From contig CM059431.1 of assembly GCA_030390025.1 (NCBI GenBank), positions 111,416,001-111,480,000 of the forward strand: a DNA stretch of 64,000 nucleotides, written 5' to 3'. The position numbers and the translations under genes were made by a program. This document shows, one piece after another, positions 1-12,075 of this stretch (positions are counted from its first letter, which is position 1; every line of letters starts with the position of its first letter). The DNA comes from Squalus acanthias (Eukaryota). The notes beneath the pieces are model-generated. The model did no database searches, was not told the origin of the DNA, and saw only the letters and a program-made list of their open reading frames with translations.

Positions 1-228
1 GAATCAGCCTTGTGGCCATCCCTTTACTCCCTCCAATAATTGTAAATATTCCTGTAGTAATGGGATCAGAACTCCAGAACAATACTCCAGAAGCAGCCAT
101 ACCAAAATCAGATATAATTTCAACATCACCTCCCCAACTTATAAATTTCACCCTTAGCTATCCAGCCAACATTATTTGCTTTCTTCACCTCCTACAAGCT
201 CTGGACGAACAATTTTAACCGTCTCTTC

Positions 229-1403
229 CATAGAAACATAGAAACATAGAAGATAGGAGCAGGAGTAGGCCATTCGGCCCCTCGAGCCTGCTCCGCCATT
301 CGATGAGATCATGGCTGATCATCCAAACTCAGTACCCTGTACCTGCCTTCGCCCCATATCCCTTGATACCTTTAGCTTTAAGAAATATATCTAACTCATT
401 CTTGAATATATTTAATGACTTGGCCTCAACTACCTTCTGTGGTAGAGAATTCCACAGGTTCACCACTCTCTGGGTGAAGAAATTCTTCCTCATTTCTGTC
501 CTAAATGGCTTACCCGTTATCCTTAGATTATGACCCCTGGTTCTGGACTCTCCGACCATCGGGAACATTCTTCCTGCATCTAGTTTGTCCAGACCTGTCA
601 GAATTTTATATGTTTCGATGAGATCCCCTCTCATTCTTCTATACTCCAGCGAGTATAAGCCCAATCGACCCAATCTCTCCTCATATGTCATTCCTGTCAT
701 CCCAGGTATCAGCCTTGTGAATCTTCGCTGAACTCCTTCCATGGCAAGAACATCCTTCCTCAGATAAGGCGACCAAAACTGCACACAGTACTCAAGGTGT
801 GGTCTCACCAAGGCCCTGTACAACTGCAGCAGGACATCCCTGTTCCTATACTCAAACCCTTTCGCTATGAAGGCCAACATACCATTTGCCTTCTTCACCG
901 CCTGCTGCACCTGCATGCTTACCTTCAGCGACTGGTGCACAAGGACACCCAGGTCTCGTTGCACTTCCCCTTCTCCCAATCTATTGCCATTCAGATAATA
1001 GTCTGCCTTTCTGTTTTTGACACCAAAGTGGATAACCTCGTATTTATCCACGTTATATTGCATCTGCCACGCTTCTGCCCACTCACCCAACCTGTCCAAA
1101 TCATCCTGGAGTTTCTCAGTATCCTCCTCGCAGCACACATGCCCACCCAGCTTTGTGTCATCTGCAAACTTGGAGATATTACATTTAGTTCCCTTATCTA
1201 GATCATTAATGTGTATTGTGAATAGCTGGGGTCCAAGGACCGATCCCTGCGGTACCCCACTAGTCACTGCTTGCCACTCGGAAAAAGACCCATTAATTCC
1301 TACTCTCTGCTTTCTGTCCGCCCACCAGTTCTCTATCCAAGTCAATACCTTGCCCCCAATCCCATGTGCCTTAACTTTACATTCTAATCTCTTATGTGGG
1401 ACC
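229..1403 (-). mobile_element. 5'-truncated CR1 LINE (RT C-terminal half plus 3' UTR)
   Basis: ORF 329-1345 has GVPQGSVLGP, FADD and LVRPHLEYCVQFWSP motifs; the 3' end carries a hairpin and a (TATGTTTC)n tail at ~229-250. Confidence 0.95.
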
Positions 1404-1439
1404 CTGCCTTGTCACGTCTCTGCATGTGAACATTTAAAA

Positions 1440-1562
1440 ATTTGCAGGGCTATGGGGAAAGGGCGTGGGAGTGGGACTAATTGGAGAGATCTTTCACAGA
1501 GCTGACACAGACACGATGGGCCAAATGGCCTCCTTTTGTGCTGTATAATTCTATGATTCTAT
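1440..1562 (+). mobile_element. CR1 3'-end fragment
   Basis: GGGCCAAATGGCCT hairpin followed by an (ATTCTATG)n tail. Confidence 0.7.
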
Positions 1563-2192
1563 AACTTAAATTCATTGAAAAAAAGCACTGAAAACCTGCT
1601 AGATAAAATAGAATTAGAGTAAAGCAACAGTTGGACTGAGATAGTACGTTCTATGATTCTATGATTCTCGTTTCTTCGACCCAACCTCATGTACCAGAAG
1701 TCCGAGTATTTTCTCATGAACTTTATTTGAGTCCATTTAAAATCTGTTGTGAAAGAAATGTTAGAAACAGGCAAAAGTTTGGCAGATTATTGGTTTGTAA
1801 CCTCATTGTACTGTTCAGATCCTAAATGGCGAGAAATCCTGGGGTAAATAATCCCGACCTGGTGTCTAGACTGCGGGACTGATGTGCTGTGAGCGTTGTG
1901 CCTGCCCAAATTGGGAATGGCTGATCCCACTGAATCTTCTGAAGTCAGCACTAATTATATATTCAGTGTGAACTTCTTGTCCAGATTGGACCTCCCACCG
2001 GTGACTCACCAAGGAGGGGGCCAGATTGCAACATCTGGCACAGCTGCAACTCTTAAAGGCCTACAGCTTCACTTAAAGGGGTTATATTTTTTCTGCTGCA
2101 ACAAGATCAGAGGCAATAAATCATTGAGAAACAATGATGCAATGTTTGCAAAGCACTCTGCTCTTCAGTGATTCAGCTGGGAAGCTGCTTTG

Positions 2193-3120
2193 TCACAAGG
2201 GTGGATCAGTAAATTTGCTGATGACACCAAGATTGGTGGAGTAGTGGATGAGGTGGAGGGCAGTTGTAGGCTGCAAAGAGACATTGATAGGATGCAGAGC
2301 TGGGCCGAAAAATGGCAGATGGAATTTAACCCTGATAAGTGCGAGGTGATTCATTTTGGTAGGGCAAATTTGAATAAGGATTACAGGGTCAACGGCAGGG
2401 TTCTGAGGAACGTGGAGGAGCAGAGGGATCTGGGGGTTCATATCCACAGATCTCTGAAGGTTGCCACTCAAGTGGATAGAGCAGTAAAGAAGGCCTATGG
2501 TGTGTTGGCGTTTATTAACAGAGGGTTTGAGTTTAAGAACCGTGAGGTTATGCTGCAACTGTACAGGACCTTGGTGAGACCACATTTGGAATATTGTGTG
2601 CAGTTCTGGTCACCTCACTATAGGAAGGACGTGGAAGCATTGGAAAGAGTGCAAAGGAGATTTACCAGGATGCTGCCTGGTTTGGGGGGGAGGTCTTATG
2701 AGGAAAGATTGAGGGAGTTGGGGCTTTTCTCTTTAGAGCGGAGGAGGATGAGAGGCGACTTAATAGAGGTTTATAAGATGATGAGGGGGATAGATAGAGT
2801 GGATGTTCAGAGACTATTTCCTCGGGTAGAGGCAGCTGTTACAAGGGGGCATAACTATAAGGTGCATGGGGGGAGATATAGAAGGGATGTCCGAGGTAGA
2901 TTCTTTACTCAGAGAGTGGTTGGGGTGTGGAATGGACTGCCTGCTGTGATAGTGGAGTCGGACACTTTAGGAACTTTCAAGCGGTTATTGGATAAGCACA
3001 TGGAGCACACCAGAGTGATAGGGAGTGTGATAGCTTGATCTTGGTCTCGGACAATGCTCGGCACAACATCGAGGGCCGAAGGGCCTGTACTGTGCTGTAC
3101 TGTTCTATGTTCTATGTTCT
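2193..3120 (+). mobile_element. 5'-truncated CR1 LINE
   Basis: ORF 2190-3038 with FADD and RPHLEYCVQFWSP; ends in a (TGTTCTA)n tail at ~3100-3120. Confidence 0.95.
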
Positions 3121-3417
3121 AATACATAGGAACAGGAGGAGGCCATTCGGCCCCTCGAGCCAGTTCCGCCATTCAATGAGATCATGGCTGATCTATGGCC
3201 TAACTCCACATACCCGCCTTTGCCCCATATCCCCTAATACCCTTAGTTAATAAAAAATCTATCAACCTCCGATTTAAAATTAATAATTGGCCTAGCATCA
3301 ATTGCCGTTTGCGGAAGAGAGTTCCAAACTTCTACCACCCTTTACGTGAAGAAGTGTTTCCTAACTTTATTCCTAAAAGATCTGGCTCAGTTTTTTAGGC
3401 TATGACCCCTAGTCCTA

Positions 3418-4333
3418 GGCCGGAATTTTCAGAAGTAAGAGCAGGTGGGTTAGAGGCGTGGGGAAAGTGAAAGTTGTAAAAATGTAAAACCCGACCCCAA
3501 CCCGCCCACTTTCACCTTTCACTCGGGCGGGATGGGGAGGGGCGGGGCTACCAATCCGCTGCCAGGAGGCGGGTTGGTATTTTAAATATGATAATGAGGC
3601 CTGAAGCCTCTACTTTAACCTGCTTTGTAGGTTTTACTGCAGGCGGCCGGGGATCCCGGGGCTCGGGATTCCCGGTGGCTGCAACGAGGCGGTCTCAGCC
3701 TTGGGGAATAATGCTTGTGAGCCAGGAGGAGCGCGAGTGCTTCCACCCAGCCCCCCAAGCTCCCCCACCATCAGCCTGCCCCTCCTCGGGGTCGGGGATT
3801 GGACACTCCTCCTCCCCACCCTCCCACCCCAGGCCTGGAACACCTGGCCCCGGGGTCGGAGATCGGACCCCTCCCAGGGATCGATCTCACCAACCGCACC
3901 CCCATTCCCACCGGGGTCAAGGATCATACCCCCCCCCCAGCCCCAGGGTCGGGGATTGGACCCTCTCCCCCCCAGGCCTGGAACACCTGGCCCCGGGGTC
4001 GGGGATCAGACCGCTCCCAGGGATCGATCTCACCAACTGCCCCCCCCCCCGCTCCCGCCGGGGTCGAGGATCATACCGCCCCCCCCAGCCCCGGGGTCGG
4101 GGATTGGACCCTCTCCCCCCCGGGCCTGGAACACCTGGCCCTGGGTCGGGGATCAGACCTCCCCCGGGGGATCGGATCCCCACCTATGGCTTGTAATCCA
4201 TCCCACGGCTTGTAACCACTTCCCCCCACCACCCCCCAAACCATCCTGAGGCCATCCTGAGCCCAGCACCTACCTGGTCCTTTGGCCTCCTTGTCCGCAT
4301 TCCCAGCATGACTGGAAGCCAGCCTGTCAATCA
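3418..4333. mobile_element. Harbinger-like MITE (one end missing) containing a GC-rich VNTR
   Basis: Starts GGCCGGAATTTT; subterminal sequence resembles the element at 16838-18427; no right TIR seen. Confidence 0.6.
3785..4185. repeat. GC-rich minisatellite, ~150-bp unit, ~2.7 copies
   Basis: GGGGTCGGGGATTGGA...GGCCTGGAACACCTGGCCC recurs near 3788, 3945 and 4093. Confidence 0.85.
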
Positions 4334-4707
4334 GACTCCCCAACCAGCGGAAATAGTTTCTCTCTGTCTATCCTATCAGTTCCCCTTAATATCTTGAAAA
4401 CTTCGATCAAATCACCTCTTCCCCTTTTAAATTCCAGGAAATGCAAGTTTCCCAAAAGTTAGCCTATTTGACAGTGAAGAGAACTCTCTCCAAATGCCCA
4501 ATGTGGTGTCTAGCATTCTAGGACCTAAAAGCTCTTGAGGAAGAAGTTTGCCCGCCTCAGGAAGTCTTCCCAGCTAATCCAAACCATCAAATCCCCGATA
4601 CCAAGTAGATGGGCAAAATATGCAGGCCACATAAAAGGATAGATTTTCACTTTAGGTGGCGGTGGGGTGGGGGGGCGGAATACAGTTAGTAGTGATTGGC
4701 TGCCCAT

Positions 4708-5117
4708 AGTGTCAGCCGTGGCTCAGTGGGTAGCACTCTCGCCTCTGATTCAGAAGGTTGTGGGTTCAAGTTCCACGCCAGAGATTTGATCACAAAAATC
4801 TAGGCTGACACTCCAGTGCAGTGCTGAGGGAGCGCTGCACTGTCGGAGGTGCCGTCTTTCCGATGGCACTATTTCGAAGAAGAGCAGGGGAGTTATCCCT
4901 GGTGTCCTGGCCAATATTTATCCCTCAATCAGCATCATTAATAAAAAACAGATTATCTGGTCATTATCACATTGCTGTTTGTGGGAGCTTGCTGTGTGCA
5001 GATATGCTGCCGCGTTTCCTACATTACAACAGTGATCACATTTCATTGGCTGTAAAGCGCTTTGGGATGTCCGGTGGTCATGAATGGCGCTATAGAAATG
5101 CAAGTCTTTCTTTTCTT
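4708..5117 (+). mobile_element. tRNA-derived SINE with Deu-like central domain (SacSINE1-like)
   Basis: A box TGGCTCAGTGGG, B box GGTTCAAGTTCC, central GGTGTCCTGGCCAATATTT block and (TTTC)n tail; multiple copies in the window. Confidence 0.85.
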
Positions 5118-5559
5118 TTCATTGTACACCCTTCCCGATTTTCTTTTCCATTGAAGTAAGAAAAATTGGATGGGGTGTATAATGGGCAGCCGATCCACTA
5201 ACGCTCATTTGCCACCGCAACCAAAGGTTAAAATCAGCCCTAGAATTTCCTCTCAACTAGTTACAATTTGACTAAGGTCACATGCAAAGCAATCAAGCAT
5301 CCTTACAGCAGCACTTTCCTAGCTTCACATGCATGGCCATACTGCAGCAGAGTAAACTTTGCAGTGGCAACCTCTGGAACTGCTTTGTCACACTTACATC
5401 TATAAAACTGTGGCCAGAAAACAAGCTTCCAACAAAACCTATGAAGATAATGCATGTTAATTTGCTCACATGTGCTGGGATATAGGAGGGACAATTGATT
5501 ATCGCTAGATGCACTCATCAAATTTCCAACATCTCCATATCAACATTACTTCACCATAC

Positions 5560-5935
5560 ATGCCAACCTAGTGAACTGCACCGTGGCTGCAGTGTGTATC
5601 ATCTACAGGATGCACTTCAGCAACTTACCATGGCTTCTTCAGCAGCGCCTCTCAAATCCACGACCTCCACCATCTAGAAAGGACAAAGGCAGGAAGTGTG
5701 TGGGAACACCACCACTTCCAGATGCCCCTCCAAGTCACACACCATCCTGACTTGGAAATATATCGCCGATCCTTCATCGTCGGTGGATCAAAATCCTCGA
5801 ACTCCCAAGCACTGTGGGAGTACCTTCACCACACGGCTAGCCGTTCAAGAAGGCGGCTCACCACCACCATCTCAAAGGCAACTAGGGATGGGCAATAAAT
5901 GCTGGTCTTGTTAGTGACACCCACATCCCAAGAAT
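5560..5935 (+). mobile_element. CR1 3' fragment (second CR1 family)
   Basis: Similar to the 3' end of the element at 42592-43935 (GGGATGGGCAATAAATG...CCCACATCCCA). Confidence 0.75.
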
Positions 5936-6289
5936 TAATTTTTAAATACTGGCAAAGCTGACCAACAGCTTCAGAAAAACTGCCAGAAGCCCCAAAGTGC
6001 TGACAGATGAAGAACAGCCCTAACGTTATGACACTTGAGAATGAGGACCTCGTCTGATTGGTTGTCATCATCTAAGTTGAAGGTATACACAGCATTCAAT
6101 GACTGTTATTGCAGCAGAAAAACCTGAAGTAGACAGAAGTGCATTTTGCAGCAGTGGTGAGTTTAGATATTATTGAAGGGAGATGTGAGTCCTCAAGGCA
6201 TGAGATTTAATTTCTAGAGAGATCTGGGAACATTTTAATTTTGACACTGTATTTAGCATTTTCTGATATTCTGGAGCATTCAAGCCAAA

Positions 6290-6895
6290 AACAATTTTCT
6301 TGGATGGGTTACAAATATTATAAATCAGGAGTGCGGGTGATAGAAGGTAGCTTGTGTCTCCTCGAAGCCATTCCTTTCACTCTGGTGTCTCCTTCAAATA
6401 ACACAAGCACAGAAGTTTGTCTCAGCGTAAAGGATTTGTGACTGCTGCCTGGGAAGCAGACATTCACTTATATGATCCAGTGTTGCTGGTCATGGTCCAA
6501 CTGGTCATTGATGGAGTGGATGCCCTTGCAGTTCATGAATGTCATGACGCTGATTGCTGGGGCCAATAGGTACTATTACGACACCCTGAATTTTTGAGGA
6601 ATCCTCCAAAGGAAGAGGATAGCAGTGCCCACTCATTCTGCTACCGGAAGTGCTCTGATAAACAATGCATCCGAGTCCTGCTTCATGCATCTGTACACTA
6701 CCGATTGACGAATGCTGCATCTGTCCTCTGATTAGCTTGAAGGACACAGCAGCATAAAAGTTCTGCACTGTGGTCACCTTTACAGCTCTTGGCTCGGCCA
6801 TCCCTGTTATCGACATTGTCTACAGGTTAGATTCCAGCAGATGGCACAAGTCAGCCATTACCTCTCTGATGGAATGGAGCCGATGTCTGACCTTC
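6290..6895 (-). pseudogene. Degenerate Harbinger/PIF (HARBI1-like) DDE transposase
   Basis: Minus-strand translation across frameshifts: VRHRLHSIREVMADLCHLLESNL*...AVKVTTVQNFYAAVSF...NCKGIHSINDQLDHD...VNVCFPGSSH...FTLRQTSV, matching the Harbinger motif order as recalled (ALNFYASGSF; NRKGFHSINVQ; ARFPGSxHD). Confidence 0.8.
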
Positions 6896-6940
6896 AACAA
6901 CCATTTTATATGGATGACCTAGGCACAGAGTGCAATCCTA

Positions 6941-7394
6941 GAAAGAAAGAACTTGCATTTATATAGCGCCTTTCACAACCTCAGGACCACCCAACACATT
7001 TTACAGCCAATAAAGTACTTTTAAAGTGTAGTCACTGTCGCAATGCAGGAAATGTGGCAGCCAATTTACACACAGCAAGGTTCCATAAATAGCAATGAGA
7101 TAATGACAAGAAAATCTGTTTTACTGTTGTTGGTTGAGGGATAACTATTGGCCAGGACACCGGGAAAACTCCCCTGCTCTTCTTCAATTAGAGCCATTTG
7201 ATTTTTTTCCTGAGAGGGCAGACAGGGCTTTGGTTTAACATCTCATCGGAAAGACGGCACCTCCGACAGTGCAGGGCTCCCTCAGCACTGCACTGGAGCG
7301 TCAGCCTGGATTATGTGCTCTCAAGTCTCTGGAGTGGGACTTGAACCCACGACCTTCTGACAAAGACTGCTACCAGTGAGCCAAGACTGACACC
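6941..7394 (-). mobile_element. Deu-domain tRNA SINE
   Basis: Reverse complement of the 4708-5117 family, with tail, Deu block and B box. Confidence 0.85.
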
Positions 7395-8163
7395 TTGATC
7401 CTGATGAGAAAACACATTGGTCTTTCTTCATTTACCAGGGCTACATGCCTTTAACGAAGCTCCCACACAAAATGTGAGAGGGCATTCCAGGGCGCTCGAA
7501 AAGGAGCATTGTGCGCGCCACTAATCAGGCAGGGATCCACCAGAAGGGATTTCCCACCTGAACTCCCAGCCCGTGCATGTATGTTCCAAACTTTGCAATA
7601 CCAGTTCCGCCAGCAGGAAAATCTCCCTTCCTTCAGCATTCAAGTTCAGCATAAAGTAAACTTTATTGCAATCTGGCGTTACAATTTTGTATAAAATGGA
7701 TTAGATAAAGAAAAGTAAGATAGCTACCTTTAATTCTCTTCAGTAAAACTTACAAACCTTTTAAGAATTTTAATTTCAGGGGCTTTACAGTTGATTGAAC
7801 TCACTCCAAGTTATTTTTCATTGCATGCTTTGTGGAAAGCAGTTGTTCTGCACAGCTGGTGGCTCCGAAGGAGATTCTTGAAAATACTTTGACTATGACA
7901 ACACGATATAATTCACAGCCAGGCTAGACAAGCGGTTTCTGTGTGTTTCAGAGTCAGGCCAAAGGGCAAACAACATATGTACGCAGTGTGCTGCTCAGGA
8001 AATGTGGAGCAGCATATATCACTATTAAAAAAACAGCTTACTATACCTTCACAGTATTGCAAAGCACACGCAGTACCATAGAATTTTTCTTGTTACTGTT
8101 TAAATGTGATGCTCCACAATGGGATCGTGATTTCGTAAGAGTATGTCTGAAAATTTCTTTAAG

Positions 8164-8540
8164 GAAAGAAAGACTTGCATTTCTATAGCGCCTTTCACGA
8201 CCACCAGACGTCTCCAAGCACTTTACAGCCAATGAAGTACTTTTGAAGTGGAGTCACTGTTGTAATGTGGGAAACGCAGCCGCCAATTTGCACACAGTAA
8301 GCTCCCACAAACAGCAATGTGATAATGACCAGATAATCTGTTTTTGTTATGTGGATTGAGGGATAAATATTGGCCAGAACACCGGGGAGAACTCCCCTGC
8401 TCTTCTTAGAAATAGTGCCATGGGATCTTTTTACGTCCACCTGAGAGAGTAGACGGGGCCTCGGTTTAACGTCTCATCCGAAAGACTGCACCTCCGACAG
8501 TGCAGCAATCCCTCAGCACTGCACTGGAGTGTCAGCCTAG
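8164..8540 (-). mobile_element. Deu-domain SINE, 5'-truncated
   Basis: Close match to the other copies; tRNA head missing. Confidence 0.85.
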
Positions 8541-9911
8541 CTTAAAGGAAACCAGGGCTGGTGGAGCATGTCGTACCTCCTGGCCTACAAGGAAAATACA
8601 AAAATAGTAAAACCACTTACCTTCTTGGGCCTCTTCTGGCTCCAACTCCTCTTCTCGGTCCAGCTCCTCTTCCCACTGTCCACACCTGGCGGGTTAATCG
8701 GTTATAATTGTAGTCAGGTCCTAGTGATCTCTGAACTGGCAATCCACTGCTAAACTATGAGAGTGAGGCGCCATCTTTGATCGAGACATTAAAGAGACAT
8801 GCCATCAATCTATTCAGTTGGACTATTCAAAGAAAAGAAGGGTGTTCTCCTGGCATCCTGATCGACATGCCTACCTCAACCATACGACCAAAACAAAAAT
8901 CAGATTCGCTAGTTGGTCATTGATGTCACTGCTGTTTATGGGATGTCACTGATGCACAATGCCTGCCATGTTTACCTGCATTACAGTCACTCCACTTCAA
9001 AAATAATTCATTGTGTGAAGTACTTGAGATGTTTCGGCCATGTGATAAGGCAGAATATAAATTTACGTGCTTCTCTTCTATTTTTTAGCACTCAACATCT
9101 ACCATCAAAGTGGGTTTAACATTCAAAACAACAAAGACTGTTTCTTCTGGGAGATCCAAAAATCACACACACAGTGGCGATTTTACCCTTACTCGCCTGG
9201 CGGAAGCTGGTGAGAGGGCAGTTAAAACTGCCCGTGGGACTTACCCTCAGAGATCCAGCTCCTTTCCCAAAGGTTCTGATTTTAACCAGCTCCTCAGAGC
9301 AGGCGGGAAAGGACACCCTCCGGAAACCAGCAGGGTCCTTCTTTAAGTATGCAGATCGGGCTCCGATGACGTCATCGGGTCCGGCTGCTATTTTAATCAG
9401 AGGCCTGTGCGAGGAAGTCGTTGAAGATTTCCCGCCAGGCCAATCAAGCAGGAAGAGGAGTTGGAGCCAGAAGAGGCCCAAGAAGGTAAGTGGTTTTACT
9501 ATTTTTGTATTTTTCTTGTAGGCCAGGAGGTACAACATGCTCCACAGGAAAGTTTAGGCTTCTCTCCTGATCAGTAGGCCTACCCGAAGCCCGTCCCAAC
9601 GACATTCCTGAGTGCCAGAGACAGTTCCTTGGCTCCCTCCCCGGAGCCGGCTTCCTTCTGCCCCACATTCCGCTCCCGCCTGCTGGACCTCGGCCTCTCT
9701 CTGCCTGTTTTGGGCAGAGGACTGACTGGGCCCCAGGAGTTAAAGTGTCGCAGGCCTCGCGCTGCCTGTTCATCACGGTTGGACTCCCATCTCAGCCCCC
9801 GCCCGCACTGAGGTATAATTGGGGATTTTATTTCCAAGTGATGCTGATCTCCATACTGCTGAATCTCTTGTTTCAATGATGGGCAGAATCTATCGGTGCC
9901 TGGCAGAGATC

Positions 9912-10590
9912 AACAACAACAACAATTTGCATTTATATAGTGCCTTTAATGTATTAAAACGTCCCAAGGTGCTTCACAGGAGCCATGATCAAACAATATT
10001 TGACACCGAACCACGTAAGGCGATAGTAGGACAGGTGACCAAAAGCTTGGTCAAAGAGGTAGGTTTTAAGGAGCGTCTTAGAGGAGGAGAGAGAGGTAGA
10101 GAGGCGGAGAGGTTTAGAGAAGGAATTCCAGAGCTTAAGGCCTAGGCAGCTGAAGGGACGGGCGTCAATGGTGGAATGAAGAAAATCGAGGATGCACAAG
10201 AAGGTTGTAGGCCTGGAGGAGGTTACAGAGATGGGGGGCAGGGTGGGGGGGTGTGGGGCGAGGCCGTGTGGGGCGAGGCCACGGAGGGATTTGAAAATAA
10301 GGATGAGGTATTTAAAATTGAGGCGTTGCCAGACCGGGAATCAATGTAAGTCAATGAGCACAGGGGTGATGGGTGATAGGGTGAGTTAGGATCTGGGCAG
10401 CAGAGCTTTGGATGAGCCCAAGTTTACATTGGGTGCAAGGTGGGAGACCGGCCAGGAGAGCATTGGAATAGTCGAGTCTCGAGGCAACAAAGGCCAGGAT
10501 GAGGGTTTCAGCAGCAGATGAGCTGAGGCAGAGGCGGAGACGATAATGTATCGTAGGTGGAAGTAGACGGTGAGGGTGAGGATTATGGAG
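9912..10590 (-). mobile_element. L2 LINE 3' fragment
   Basis: (TTG)n tail; AAETLILAFVASRLDYSNALLAGLP in ORF 10351-10641. Confidence 0.85.
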
Positions 10591-11496
10591 TCGGAAGCTC
10601 AAGAGCATTTGTAGCTGAAAAGTATGGTTGTGAAGTTGCATTTCTGTCAGAAAAATGTAAAGACTTCCAAATCACAATACTTGATAAGTTTAAAGGTATC
10701 TATGACACACAATTTGTATCTGTTTTAGAAATACAAATTAAAATGATAAGCTCTTCAAAAAAATTGAAAAATAACACAATAGGCAGAATTTAAAATAATA
10801 AAAGATGTTCAAAGTTTTGCCAGTAGACTTGTTGATCAATCATGGCTGTCCTGAATCAATGCAAGTAACTGTAACTATACAGGAAGGGGATTGGAGGGAC
10901 AAAGGAATAAATGTACGGGCACAAATACTGTTTATGCCTAACACAAATGGGAATTGTGACTGGCACAAGCATAAAGAGAAGCTTGGTGCCAGCGTCAGAA
11001 TTTCCCTTTTCCCTTTCAGTGACATCATGGCATGTGGGAGGGGGCATGTCGATCAACACTGGCTTCAAGTGCCCTGCCGTTTGATTTTCTCTTCGAGCTG
11101 GCAGCAAAACACCAGTGGAGGTAAGAATGAACAAAGTTGGTCTTATCTTCACACAATGCTTAAGCGACTGCTCTGCGTTCCAAGTTGAGCCTAGACTCCA
11201 GGGGGAAAAAAAAAGATATTTCGAATAAATGAATGTGGAAAAGAAACTTATCTAAAGCACTCCCTTGCAGTTATTGCACGCAGTTACCAAGCCACAACTG
11301 GCCACTGATGTGAGAAAAGTGCTTTGCAATCTAGATTTGTAACTTTTCCAAGTGTAACATTAACAGAAAGAAAGAAAAAAAATCACACTTTCAGAATGCA
11401 CTATACAAGGAATAGTAATGGAAGTCAGTGAAAGATTACAATCAAATTTTTATGTTGGAAAGTCTCTGCTATATAAGGCTTACTTTTACAAACTAT

Positions 11497-12075
11497 GGGG
11501 GAAAAATTGGCTTGTGTCCCCTTTGGGGCGCTAACTTCGCTGCGGCGCTACTTTTAGCACCCCGAAAAAGTTAGCACCCCCGCGCCCAAAACTGAATGGT
11601 AGAGCCCCCAAGCAGGAGGCGGGGCGCTACTGGAAGCACTCCCCCTCCCTCTAGGGGCGCTCCCGTTGAATATCACGGCGCTATGTGCAGCAGCGCCACG
11701 CGTGTCAGCAAGTAGCGCCGCGGTACTGCAGATCTCCCTCCCCTGATTAAAGGGGAGGGGTCTAGTGCAGTGCGCACCGCGGCCCTGCTGGACCACCGGG
11801 CAGCGGGGTGCCGGCAAAAGAGCCCGGCACTCAAGAGGAGTGACGGGCTGACCGATCGCGGCCGGCGTCCCGCAGGAGGAGGCGAGGGGGGGCAGGTGCT
11901 GGCAGGCGGCCCAAAAAAAAGGCCGCCCGGCACCTGCCATTTAATTTGCACCGCCCCCAACCGCAAAAACACCACCCTGACCCTGTCGGACATAGCGTCC
12001 AGCGGTGGGTCAGGGGGCGTGAGCCAAGTTTGCAGCCGGGGCGCGAGCAGGGCACTGCGCACGGCGATGACGGCT
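11497..12075. mobile_element. Harbinger-type MITE family A, truncated
   Basis: Terminus GGGGGAAAAATTG; body is the reverse complement of the copies at 16899-17536 and 61566-62326. Confidence 0.75.

Larger units (their letters stand above)
3124..4430 (-). mobile_element. CR1 3' fragment interrupted by a MITE
   Basis: CR1 3' UTR and ORF end run to ~3417 (CCTAGTCCTA) and resume at ~4334 (GACTCCCCAACCAGC...CTTCGATCAAATC). Confidence 0.75.

Noticed and set aside
3588..4343. Overlapping Pro/Gly-rich ORFs up to 202 aa
   Set aside because: They arise from a GC-rich tandem repeat that is open in several frames.
4708..4785. tRNA gene
   Set aside because: The A/B boxes are the SINE head and run directly into the SINE body in all copies.
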